Source of the DNA: Prevotella sp.
GTDB lineage: Bacteria; Bacteroidota; Bacteroidia; Bacteroidales; Dysgonomonadaceae
Assembly: GCA_031285625.1 (NCBI GenBank)
Contig: JAITVV010000043.1
Span: 81,080-145,079 of the forward strand
Reading direction: 5' to 3'
Length of the DNA stretch: 64,000 nucleotides
Shown: in pieces, positions 28,542 to 38,343 of the stretch
Numbering within the stretch: position 1 is the first letter of the stretch
Layout: each line of letters begins with the position of its first letter
Translations under genes and position numbers: made by a program
The notes under the pieces: generated by a model
The model's database searches: none
What the model was told of the DNA's origin: nothing
What the model saw: the letters and a program-made list of their open reading frames with translations, nothing else

Positions 28542-28648
28542 AGCATTTTAATACCTAAATGGAAACATTTAACCCCCTGTTTAAAATCTTTAACACTCGT
28601 ATTAAAAACATATAAGAAAGCCTTTCGATACAACCTTCGGTAATTTTG
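28542..28648 (+). promoter_or_regulatory. Promoter of GH31-susC-susD operon with four phased AACAT-like repeats (putative HTCS operator)
   Basis: AGCAT at 28542, AACAT at 28564, AATCT at 28585 and AACAT at 28607 (spacing 22/21/22). TAATTTTG -7 box at 28641. Confidence 0.65.
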
Positions 28649-28676
28649 TCTCAATGAAACTTAAACCATAATTACC

Positions 28677-31511
28677 ATGAAAAAAAATCAACTGTTTTTG
28701 GTCGGTTTACTATCAATGTCTATGTTCATTGGTTGTAAAAGCGGGCCCTTTCAGAAGACAAATGATGGGATAATAGTGACTCTGAAGTCAGATGATACCC
28801 ATTCTACAAAAAATGTAAGATTACAAGTCGTAAATGATGATATCATCCGTGTATCGGCCACTCCTAACGGAAAGTTCTCTGATAAAAAAAGCCTTGTCAC
28901 AGTATATGGGAAAGGACAAACCTCTGGCTGGGATGCCACAGAAGAAAATGGAAATGTAGTATTAAAAACAGCAACAACGATTGCTACCATATCACTTACT
29001 ACAGGAGAGATCTCTTTTTCCGATATCAATGGAAATGTTGTTCTTGCTGAAAATAAAGGTGGTGGTAAAATCTTTTCTGACATCGAGGTAGAAGGAATGA
29101 AAGCATATACTTTGCAGCAAGTATTTGAATCTCCTGCTGATGAAGCATTTTACGGATTAGGCCAGCACCAAGCTGATGAATTCAACTATAAGGGTAAAAA
29201 CGAAGTACTTTTCCAATATAATACAAAAGTGTCTGTACCGTTTGTACTTTCCAGCAAAAATTACGGGATACTTTGGGATAATTACTCGCTAACCAAATTT
29301 GGAGATTCACGTGATTATCTGGATCTGGATCAGTTCAAGTTATACGACAAGACAGGGAAAGAAGGCGGATTAACAGCTACCTATATGGTGAATGCAGATC
29401 CAAACAATGTTTTTGTAGAAAGGACTGAATCGCAGATTGATTATGAAAACCTGGAAACCGTAAAGAAATTTCCTGCCGATTTTCCATTCTATAATTCCCG
29501 TATTACATGGGAAGGAGATGTTGAGGCTAAAGAAACCGGAAAATATCACTTTATCCTCTACTATGCAGGATATACAACTATATATATGGATGGTCAGGTA
29601 ATTGTACCTGAAAGATGGCGTACCGCTTGGAATCCAAACAGCTACAAATTCACTGTGGATATGAAAGCCGGAGAAAAACGTAAAATTAAACTGGACTGGA
29701 AACCGGATGGAGGTATCTCATATATAGGATTAAAGGCTCTAAGCCCTAAAGCACCGGAAGAGCAAAATAAACTAGCCCTATGGTCTGAAATGGGTGATGA
29801 GATCGACTACTACTTCATCAGGGGAAATAATGCCGATGATGTAATCAAAGGCTACAGAACCATAACAGGTAAATCACAGATCATGCCTAAATGGGCAATG
29901 GGATACTGGCAAAGCCGCGAACGTTATAAAACTTCTGACGAATTACTTACTGCCATAGCTGAATACCGTAAAAGAAACATTCCACTAGATAACATAGTAT
30001 TAGACTGGTCTTACTGGCCTCAAGATGCATGGGGTAGCCATGATTTCGATCCGGCACGTTTTGCTGATCCGAAAGGCATGATAGACAGTGTACATGCTAT
30101 GGATGCACGTATTATGATTTCTGTATGGCCTAAGTTCTATTACACAACGGATAACTATAAAGCTTTTGATGAAAAAGGATGGATGTTTAACCGTGCTGTG
30201 AAAGACAGTATCCGTGACTGGATTGGTTCGGGTTACATCGCCGGCTTCTATGATGCATACAGCGAAGGTGCGCGCAAGATGTTCTGGAACCAGATGAATG
30301 ATAAGTTATATTCTAAAGGGATCGACGCTTGGTGGATGGACGCTTCAGAACCGGATATTCTATCAAATGCAAGTATCCAGTACCGCAAAGAGCTGATGAC
30401 ACCAACAGCACTAGGACCATCTGTGGAATATTTTAATGCATATGCCCTGGTTAATGCAATGGCTATCTATGACGGACAGCGCTCCGTTAATCCTAACGAA
30501 CGTGTTTTCTTACTTACTCGTTCCGGATTTGCAGGTACACAACGTTATTCTACTGCTACATGGAGTGGTGATATAGGTACACGCTGGGAAGATATGAAAG
30601 CGCAAATATCTGCAGGATTAAACTTCGCTATGTCGGGTATTCCTTACTGGACAATGGATATAGGTGGCTTCTGTGTCGAAAAACGTTATGAACAGGCTAA
30701 AGAAGGTTCTGAAGACCTCAAAGAATGGAGAGAGCTGAATGCCCGTTGGTTCCAGTTTGGAGCATTTTGTCCACTATTCCGCAGCCACGGACAATTTCCA
30801 TATCGCGAAATATATAATATAGCACCGGAGGGGCATCCTGCTTATAATAGTATGGTATATTATAATAAGCTACGCTATCAGATGATGCCATATATCTATT
30901 CACTGGCAGGTATGACATGGTTCAATGATTATACTATTATGCGTGCTCTGGTAATGGACTTCGGTAATGATGCCGTTACTCATAATATAAGTGATCAGTA
31001 TATGTTTGGCCCCAATCTGATGGCCTGTCCCGTATACACATACAAAGCGACATCCAGAGATGTATACTTCCCTGCTAATACAAATTGGTATGATTTTGAA
31101 ACACAGGAATACATAACCGGAGGTAAAACAGAGAAGGTAGCTGCACCTTATGAGCGTATGCCTCTATATGTACAGGAAGGTTCCATTCTGCCAATGGGTA
31201 AAGATATCCAGACAACGAAGGAAATTCAGTCTGATCTTAATGTAAAAATCTATACTGGTAAAAATGGAGAATTTAATCTGTATGAAGACGAAGGCGTCAA
31301 TTACAACTATGAGAAGGGTGCATATTCTACAATCAAATTTAACTATGATGAGTCTTCAAAAACATTGACAATTGATGACATAAAAGGAGAATATACAGGA
31401 ATGCCTAAAGACAGGACATTCAATATTGAATGGATTGCAAAAGGTAAGAAAAACACAGTTTCAGAAGTGAAATATGAAGGAAAGAAAGTTACTGTAAAGA
31501 TGGCTGAATAA
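28677..31511 (+). CDS. GH31 alpha-xylosidase with PA14 insertion (BoGH31A-like), lipoprotein
   Basis: Lipobox FIGC, FYGLGQHQ, PA14-like segment (RWRTAWNP), WQSRERY, IVLDW, WWMDASEP (nucleophile), WSGDI, WTMDIGGF, FRSHG. Confidence 0.93.
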   Translation: MKKNQLFLVGLLSMSMFIGCKSGPFQKTNDGIIVTLKSDDTHSTKNVRLQVVNDDIIRVSATPNGKFSDKKSLVTVYGKGQTSGWDATEENGNVVLKTATTIATISLTTGEISFSDINGNVVLAENKGGGKIFSDIEVEGMKAYTLQQVFESPADEAFYGLGQHQADEFNYKGKNEVLFQYNTKVSVPFVLSSKNYGILWDNYSLTKFGDSRDYLDLDQFKLYDKTGKEGGLTATYMVNADPNNVFVERTESQIDYENLETVKKFPADFPFYNSRITWEGDVEAKETGKYHFILYYAGYTTIYMDGQVIVPERWRTAWNPNSYKFTVDMKAGEKRKIKLDWKPDGGISYIGLKALSPKAPEEQNKLALWSEMGDEIDYYFIRGNNADDVIKGYRTITGKSQIMPKWAMGYWQSRERYKTSDELLTAIAEYRKRNIPLDNIVLDWSYWPQDAWGSHDFDPARFADPKGMIDSVHAMDARIMISVWPKFYYTTDNYKAFDEKGWMFNRAVKDSIRDWIGSGYIAGFYDAYSEGARKMFWNQMNDKLYSKGIDAWWMDASEPDILSNASIQYRKELMTPTALGPSVEYFNAYALVNAMAIYDGQRSVNPNERVFLLTRSGFAGTQRYSTATWSGDIGTRWEDMKAQISAGLNFAMSGIPYWTMDIGGFCVEKRYEQAKEGSEDLKEWRELNARWFQFGAFCPLFRSHGQFPYREIYNIAPEGHPAYNSMVYYNKLRYQMMPYIYSLAGMTWFNDYTIMRALVMDFGNDAVTHNISDQYMFGPNLMACPVYTYKATSRDVYFPANTNWYDFETQEYITGGKTEKVAAPYERMPLYVQEGSILPMGKDIQTTKEIQSDLNVKIYTGKNGEFNLYEDEGVNYNYEKGAYSTIKFNYDESSKTLTIDDIKGEYTGMPKDRTFNIEWIAKGKKNTVSEVKYEGKKVTVKMAE

Positions 31512-31522
31512 TATTCAGCCAT
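31500..31522 (+). other. Stem-loop overlapping the GH31 stop codon
   Basis: ATGGCTGAATA-a-TATTCAGCCAT, with no U-tract. Confidence 0.45.
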
Positions 31523-31570
31523 CAGACCAAATAAATCACTTTTATTCACACTAATACTACAAAAAAAACC

Positions 31571-34500
31571 ATGAACGAAAAAATGAAAACATTATTTCAG
31601 CAGACAAATCGTGTCTGTTTGCGGAGGGTCTTTCTGATGCTAATAGTCAGTTTACTCTCGATAGCCGGGCTGTATGCCCAGTCTATGCGGGAAATATCCG
31701 GAACGGTTTCTTCAGTTGGTGAACCCCTTATTGGCGCATCTGTCGTTGAGAAAGGAACGACGAACGGAACTCTGACCGATATTGATGGTAAGTTTACTTT
31801 AAACGTAAAAGAAAATGCAACAATAGAAATTTCTTATATCGGATTTACATCTAAAACCATGCCTGTTGGACAACAAACTGTATTCAATATCGAACTGGAG
31901 GAAGAAGCCAATATCCTGAATGAGGTTGTTGCCATTGGATATGGGGTGCAAAAGAAAAAACTGAATACAGGAGCGACTGTACAGGTAAAAGGAGACGACT
32001 TGGCCAAGTTGAACACAACCAACCCGCTCCAGGCTCTTCAGGGACAAAGTCCGGGTGTACAGATATCATCCACATCGGGTCAACCGGGTGCAGATATGAA
32101 AGTAACGGTACGCGGCCTTGGAACTGTTGGTAAATCAGGTCCACTTTATATTATTGATGGTATCGAAGGTGATATCAGCGTATTAAATGCTGCCGATATT
32201 CAGTCTATCGATGTATTGAAAGATGCTGCTTCAGCTGCTATATATGGAGCACAGGCCGCCAATGGCGTAATCCTGGTTACTACCAAACAAGGTTCGAAAG
32301 GCAAGGGACAGGTTTCTTTTGATGCTTATTATGGCATACAAAATGTCGCCCGTAAGACTAAAATGCTGAATGCAACGGAATATATGGCAATGATGAACGA
32401 ACAGGCATTAAACTCGGGTTCGGCCATGATTGATTTCGGATCGATGGAAGGCCTTGCCGATACAAACTGGATCAACCAGATGTTCAAGGATGATGCCAAG
32501 ACTGAGAATTATTCATTAAATGTAAATGGCGGTTCAGAAACATCTGTATATGCTTTATCATTGAATTATACCTCTCAGGAAGGTATAGTAGGAGGTAAAG
32601 ATGTTTCTAACTATGAACGTTATGGCTTCCGCATCAATACAGAACATAAGTTATATAATAATGTATTGAAAGTCGGCCAGCATCTGAATTTCAACTATAT
32701 TAAGAATAGAGGCATAAATGTAGGTAACCAGTACAACAATACTTTACGCGGAGCCTTTGCTACATCTCCCCTGTCTCCGGTATATAGTGACAATAACATA
32801 TATGATAGTCCTTACAACGACACCAGCAACTTCGCATACTACAATGGAGATGGCAACCCTTATGGCTCTATGATGACTAATTCCAATAATGAAAATGATT
32901 CTCAGAAGTTAATGGCAGATATATATGCAGAACTGGAGCCAATAAAGAATCTGAAAGTGAGATCTGTTTTCGGTATCAACTATTATGCTTCTGAATATCG
33001 CGATTATACCCCATTCTACCAGTTCTCTGTATATTCTTACAACAAAGACCATACTACTACCTCTCAAAATATGAGTAAAGGTCATACACTGACATGGATC
33101 AATACTGCCAGCTACGACTTTAATATCAATGAAGATCACGCATTTAATGCAATTCTGGGTATGGAAGTAGCGCGCTATCAGGGAACATACCTGAATGCAT
33201 CAAACTGGAATTTATTATCCCAGTTCAATGATTTTTCTCACGCATACCTTGATAATACAACCGGACAGGCTCATCTTGATGATGATGGGAATGTAGTAGA
33301 AACCAGAAATGTTGGGGGAGGCCCCGAACATAAAACCCGTCGTCTGTCCTATTTCGGACGTATTGGTTACAATTACAAAGAAAAATATATGTTTAATGCA
33401 ACTCTCCGCGCAGATGGATCTTCTAAATTTGCCACAGGTCACAGATGGGGATATTTTCCTTCATTTTCAGCCGGTTGGGTAATAACCAATGAAGATTTTA
33501 TGCAAAGTATTGTAGAAAACAGAGTACTTGATTTCCTAAAATTACGTGTAAGTTGGGGACAGGTAGGTAATCAGGATATTTCAAATGATCAGTACTTGGC
33601 ACCTATCAATACCTCTACAGGTTATACAAGTGACGATCCGGCTGCATATTATAATTTTGGAACGAACAAGACTAATATTGCAGGTGCATACCCTAGCCGT
33701 TTGTCTAACGAAAATGTAAAATGGGAAACATCTGAGCAATTTAATGCCGGGATTGATGCATACTTTTTAAAGAACAGACTGGGACTTAACACTGATTTCT
33801 ATATAAAAACGACTAAAGACTGGCTAGTTGAAGCACCTATCTTAGCTACAGCAGGAGCAGGAGCTCCATTTATCAATGGAGGAGACGTTAAAAATACCGG
33901 ATTTGAATTAGCTCTAACCTGGAGAGACAATATCGGGCAATTCAACTATAATGTTGGCGTAAATGGAGCTTATAATAAAAATAAAGTAGGTAATATTCCA
34001 ACAGAAGATGGTATTATCCATGGTCTCACAGGCATGCTTTATGATAATTCGGAAGAATTTTACCGGGCAGAGAATGGACATACTATCGGTTACTTCTGGG
34101 GGTACAAAACTGCAGGTCTCTTCCAGAACGAACAGGACATAGCAGATTGGAAAGCCGCCGGTAATGGTATCTTACAAGCTAATGTACAACCGGGTGATGT
34201 AAAATATGTTGATACCAATGGAGATGGAGTTATCGATTCAAAAGATAAAGTCGACTTAGGTAGTGGTATGCCGGATTTATCTTTCGGCTTCAATATCGGA
34301 TTTGACTATAAAGGTTTTGACTTTTCACTGAATGCAAACGGAGTATTAGGTAATAAGATTGTACAATCTTATCGTAATCATACAAATAAACAAGCCAATT
34401 ATACAACTGCAATTCTTGATCGCTGGACAGGTGAAGGTACATCTAACCGTATTCCTCGTGTAACAGAAACAAATGTAAACTGGCAATTTTCAGACCTTTA

Positions 34501-34750
34501 TTTGCAGGATGGCGATTTCTTACGTATCAGTAATATTACTGTAGGATATGATTTTGCGAAGCTTATCAACTGGAAATATATTAGCCAATGCCGTTTTTAT
34601 GCATCTGTACAGAATGCTTTCACATTTACGAAATACGACGGAATGGATCCCGAAATAGGTTATGGTGTGGAAGACTGGGTGTCTGGTATTGATTTAGGTT
34701 ACTATCCTCGTCCTAGAACATTCCTGTTTGGTGTAAACCTTAAATTTTAA
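31571..34750 (+). CDS. susC: SusC/RagA family TonB-dependent transporter (xyloglucan locus)
   Basis: GEPLIGASV, VVAIGYG, VLKDAASAAIYGAQAANGVILVTTK, C-terminal YPRPRTFLFGVNLKF. Confidence 0.95.
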   Translation: MNEKMKTLFQQTNRVCLRRVFLMLIVSLLSIAGLYAQSMREISGTVSSVGEPLIGASVVEKGTTNGTLTDIDGKFTLNVKENATIEISYIGFTSKTMPVGQQTVFNIELEEEANILNEVVAIGYGVQKKKLNTGATVQVKGDDLAKLNTTNPLQALQGQSPGVQISSTSGQPGADMKVTVRGLGTVGKSGPLYIIDGIEGDISVLNAADIQSIDVLKDAASAAIYGAQAANGVILVTTKQGSKGKGQVSFDAYYGIQNVARKTKMLNATEYMAMMNEQALNSGSAMIDFGSMEGLADTNWINQMFKDDAKTENYSLNVNGGSETSVYALSLNYTSQEGIVGGKDVSNYERYGFRINTEHKLYNNVLKVGQHLNFNYIKNRGINVGNQYNNTLRGAFATSPLSPVYSDNNIYDSPYNDTSNFAYYNGDGNPYGSMMTNSNNENDSQKLMADIYAELEPIKNLKVRSVFGINYYASEYRDYTPFYQFSVYSYNKDHTTTSQNMSKGHTLTWINTASYDFNINEDHAFNAILGMEVARYQGTYLNASNWNLLSQFNDFSHAYLDNTTGQAHLDDDGNVVETRNVGGGPEHKTRRLSYFGRIGYNYKEKYMFNATLRADGSSKFATGHRWGYFPSFSAGWVITNEDFMQSIVENRVLDFLKLRVSWGQVGNQDISNDQYLAPINTSTGYTSDDPAAYYNFGTNKTNIAGAYPSRLSNENVKWETSEQFNAGIDAYFLKNRLGLNTDFYIKTTKDWLVEAPILATAGAGAPFINGGDVKNTGFELALTWRDNIGQFNYNVGVNGAYNKNKVGNIPTEDGIIHGLTGMLYDNSEEFYRAENGHTIGYFWGYKTAGLFQNEQDIADWKAAGNGILQANVQPGDVKYVDTNGDGVIDSKDKVDLGSGMPDLSFGFNIGFDYKGFDFSLNANGVLGNKIVQSYRNHTNKQANYTTAILDRWTGEGTSNRIPRVTETNVNWQFSDLYLQDGDFLRISNITVGYDFAKLINWKYISQCRFYASVQNAFTFTKYDGMDPEIGYGVEDWVSGIDLGYYPRPRTFLFGVNLKF

Positions 34751-34769
34751 TCATTAATAAGAATAAACT

Positions 34770-36392
34770 ATGAATAAGTTTAAATTCAATATATTAGTAG
34801 CAATTACTGTGTGTATGGGATTATTATCCTGCTCCGACAGTTTCCTGGATACTGAATCCCAGACAAACTTGAATGATGGTAGTTTTTACCAGACTATAGC
34901 TGATATGGAAATGGCCCTTGTAGGGTGTTACGATGGTTATCAACGTACAGTATCCGATGGAGGGCTTGCATTCTATATTACATCCGAAATACTTTCTGAC
35001 AATTGTTTTGGAGGCACAGGTAATACCGATAACCGCGATTATCAGGCACTCGACCGTTTTGATATTTCACAGTCATCGTCCTCTAATGACCTATATAACG
35101 TAACGTGGACCAGCTATTATGCAGGTATCTTCCGTTGCAATAAATTATTGCAAAAAATGGGAGAACCTGAAAACTGGGGTGATGATGCGGCCACCGTTAA
35201 CAGGGTTGCCGGCGAAGCCCGTTATTTGCGTGCCTTAATGTATTTCGATCTTGTACGTTTATTCGAACGTGTGCCTTTATTAACAGAGCCTACAACTGAC
35301 AATATTCCTCAAGCAGAATCTGCAGAAACATATAAACTGATAGTGGAAGACCTGAAATTTGCAGCATCTAATATTCCTGCAAATGCTTATCCTAAAGCAG
35401 ATGCAGAAAATAACGACGGACGTGTAACCAGCTATGCAGCAAAGGCTCTACTAGCCCGCGTTTATCTGTTCTATACAGGTTATTATGGTAACGATGATCT
35501 TGGAGTGACTAAAGCTGAAGTATTACAAGGCCTGGAAGATGTTATCAGCAGTGGCGAATTCGGTTTATTGACAACATATAAAGAAATGTGGCCGGCAGCA
35601 AGTTATATACCGGATGCAGAAAAAAATACACTAGATAAATCCGGATATGCGGGTGCAGGAAATATTGAAACAATATTTGCCCAGAAGTTTAATAATACGT
35701 CTGACTATAATGGGATGGTAGATGGAAACCGCTGGCTGGTAATGATGGGTATGCGTAATACCAACTGGTCTCCTTACGGAAAAGGATGGGGTGCGTGTAC
35801 GGTAAATCCGAGACTGGTATCAGCTTTTGCAAATGGAGATCAGCGTAAAACGGCATCAATCATTGATATAGAAGGCGAAGGTATAAAAGATGCTTTTGAC
35901 ATAAAAGACCAACGAGAATATACAGGTTATACTGTGAAGAAATATACTCCTACTGTTTTTCCCGATGGCACTTCCGATACAGGTGGTTCTAATGACTTCC
36001 AGATATCACAGGATCAGGACTATATCATAATACGTTATGCAGATGTATTACTTATGGCTGCTGAGTTAGGCTCGGGCAATGCCCAGAGTTATTACAACCA
36101 GGTGCGTACCCGTGCAGGCCTTACAGCAAGAACAGTATCTCAGGCTAATATAATGGAAGAGCGTCGCTTTGAATTTGCTTTCGAGGGTATCCGTTACTGG
36201 GATTTGCTGCGTCAGGGGCTTGATGTTGCAGCTTCTACAATTGCTCAGACTCAAAGTGTATTGAGTGGAAATGCAAGCGATCAGGTGGTGATTTCTTCTG
36301 ATAATATTAAGAAAACAAGAGGATTTATGCAGATACCTAATACTCAGATTACACGGTCTAAAGATGTTCTTACCCAGAATGCAGGTTGGTAA
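34770..36392 (+). CDS. susD: SusD family glycan-binding lipoprotein (SGBP-A)
   Basis: Lipobox LLSC-SDSFLD, GEARYLRALMYFDLVRLF, IRYADVLLMAAE, ERRFEFAFEGIRYWDLLR, QNAGW. Confidence 0.95.
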   Translation: MNKFKFNILVAITVCMGLLSCSDSFLDTESQTNLNDGSFYQTIADMEMALVGCYDGYQRTVSDGGLAFYITSEILSDNCFGGTGNTDNRDYQALDRFDISQSSSSNDLYNVTWTSYYAGIFRCNKLLQKMGEPENWGDDAATVNRVAGEARYLRALMYFDLVRLFERVPLLTEPTTDNIPQAESAETYKLIVEDLKFAASNIPANAYPKADAENNDGRVTSYAAKALLARVYLFYTGYYGNDDLGVTKAEVLQGLEDVISSGEFGLLTTYKEMWPAASYIPDAEKNTLDKSGYAGAGNIETIFAQKFNNTSDYNGMVDGNRWLVMMGMRNTNWSPYGKGWGACTVNPRLVSAFANGDQRKTASIIDIEGEGIKDAFDIKDQREYTGYTVKKYTPTVFPDGTSDTGGSNDFQISQDQDYIIIRYADVLLMAAELGSGNAQSYYNQVRTRAGLTARTVSQANIMEERRFEFAFEGIRYWDLLRQGLDVAASTIAQTQSVLSGNASDQVVISSDNIKKTRGFMQIPNTQITRSKDVLTQNAGW

Positions 36393-36412
36393 TAAACTTA
36401 AAACTAATAATT

Positions 36413-38281
36413 ATGAACAAACTATTTAATATATGCACATTATTTGCCCTCTTTGCAATAATGTTTGTTTCCTGTTCTCCTGATGATTTTGGATTAGGAA
36501 AAAAGGATGTAAAACCTGAAGATTTGGTTGAAGGTATAGCCTTCAAAATCGAACATGATGCTACAAATCCCAATATAGTGTATCTTACTAGTCTGATGGG
36601 CGCAGAATATACCCCTCTTTGGGATCATCCGCAAGGCCGTAGCCAAAAACAGCAGGTGACACTAAAAATGCCTTTCGAAGGGACTTACTCCGTTACATTC
36701 GGAGTTGAAACGCGTGGAGGTATCGTATATGGTGAACCTGTAACTTTTACAATAGATGGTTTCTATGCCGAATTTGTAAACGATGAGGTATGGACTATGG
36801 TATCGGGAGGTGTAGGTAAATCTAAGACCTGGTATCTGGATTTGGATAAAGAGGGTGTAAGCCGCAAATTCCTTAGTCCGGCATATTTCTTCACTAGTAC
36901 ATATAACTGGGATGCACTTCACACAACTTCAGGCGAAAATTATATCGATGCCGATGTATGGGATTTCACAAAGGCTATAAGTCCCTTAGCAGGAGAAGAT
37001 GGTACAGCCTTATGGTACTGGTTAGCTGATTGGCCGGGAAACAGCTGGATAACTGATGCTGCAGATTTTGGAACAATGACATTCGACCTTATTGGTGGCG
37101 CTAATATTACCGTTGATCAGGCAGCTTATGGCCTGGGTTCATATACAGGCACTTATATGTTAAGTACGGAAGAACATACAATTGCTTTCACAGATGCCTA
37201 TCCACTGAATTTCTCAAGCAGAAATAGCGAAGTACTTGCAGCTACCGAATTCCGTATCCTGTATCTTACCGAAGATGCTATGCAGATAATGATTGTTCCT
37301 TCAGGCACATGTCTCAACTATATATCTGAAAATTATAAAAACAATTGGGTTCCTGGTGAAGTAGAGGAAGAACCTCCATATAATGGAAATGGAAACGATG
37401 ATCTGACTACAACATCATCGAAAAAATGGAAGTTATCATTGGAAACTCCATACAATTGGACAAATCTAAGCGGAGAGTTTCTTAATAACTGGTCTTCCCC
37501 TGCAGATTATGCTGCATATGATGAAAACCTGATAAAGAATATAGGTATGACGATGGCCAAAACCGGAACATCTGCGGGCGATTATGTCTTTACTGATGGT
37601 GGTGGTAATGAAATTAGCGGAACATATACAGTAGATAGCAAGAACAATATTATATTCGATAAGGATATTAGTTTTACTGTTTCCGGTGGAATATCACTAG
37701 CAACCACTTCTGAAAAATCATTGCGTATTATTCGTTCTACAAGCGATGCTTTTGGTAATATCTCTGACATTTGGTTAGGGAAACGTGATGCATCAAAAGA
37801 GGAATATTTGGTATATCATTTCAAATTGTCTTCTTCATCCAGCGGAGGCGAAGAACCTGGAGGTACAGAATTATCTTTTGATGGTTCGAAAGTAGTATTC
37901 GGTGATATAGAAGGTAATGGGAAACTACGAATAGAAGTATATAATGCTTATGGTGCTACAGCAGGAAATCCGCCATTAGGCCCAGGAGATATTGTATTCA
38001 ATAATCAATTGGAAATAACCTTTACACTTGGTGGCATTACATTCAATGCCGGTGCACCTGCAAGCTATGACGCTTCTATCTACTTTGCCAATGTAGATTG
38101 GAATCCTAGTGGCAACGGGCCAGCGGTTCCGGTTACCGGTAATGGTACATATACCGTAACTTTCTCGGGGACTTCGACTACAGATGCAAATGTAGTAGTT
38201 GTAGATATAACAGACTTAGCTAAAAATATAGCAGATATGAGTGCTTTGACCGCTACAATAGATAAGGTTGTAGTTAAATAA
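36413..38281 (+). CDS. Surface glycan-binding lipoprotein (SGBP-B position), multidomain
   Basis: Start reassigned to ATG 36413. Lipobox FVSC, position directly after susD, Trp/Gly/Thr-rich beta domains with an internal duplication. Confidence 0.75.
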   Translation: MNKLFNICTLFALFAIMFVSCSPDDFGLGKKDVKPEDLVEGIAFKIEHDATNPNIVYLTSLMGAEYTPLWDHPQGRSQKQQVTLKMPFEGTYSVTFGVETRGGIVYGEPVTFTIDGFYAEFVNDEVWTMVSGGVGKSKTWYLDLDKEGVSRKFLSPAYFFTSTYNWDALHTTSGENYIDADVWDFTKAISPLAGEDGTALWYWLADWPGNSWITDAADFGTMTFDLIGGANITVDQAAYGLGSYTGTYMLSTEEHTIAFTDAYPLNFSSRNSEVLAATEFRILYLTEDAMQIMIVPSGTCLNYISENYKNNWVPGEVEEEPPYNGNGNDDLTTTSSKKWKLSLETPYNWTNLSGEFLNNWSSPADYAAYDENLIKNIGMTMAKTGTSAGDYVFTDGGGNEISGTYTVDSKNNIIFDKDISFTVSGGISLATTSEKSLRIIRSTSDAFGNISDIWLGKRDASKEEYLVYHFKLSSSSSGGEEPGGTELSFDGSKVVFGDIEGNGKLRIEVYNAYGATAGNPPLGPGDIVFNNQLEITFTLGGITFNAGAPASYDASIYFANVDWNPSGNGPAVPVTGNGTYTVTFSGTSTTDANVVVVDITDLAKNIADMSALTATIDKVVVK

Positions 38282-38343
38282 CAAATACTATTGGGGCAAT
38301 ATTATTGTATTGTCTCAATACTGTTTTTATAAGAAGAATCTAT

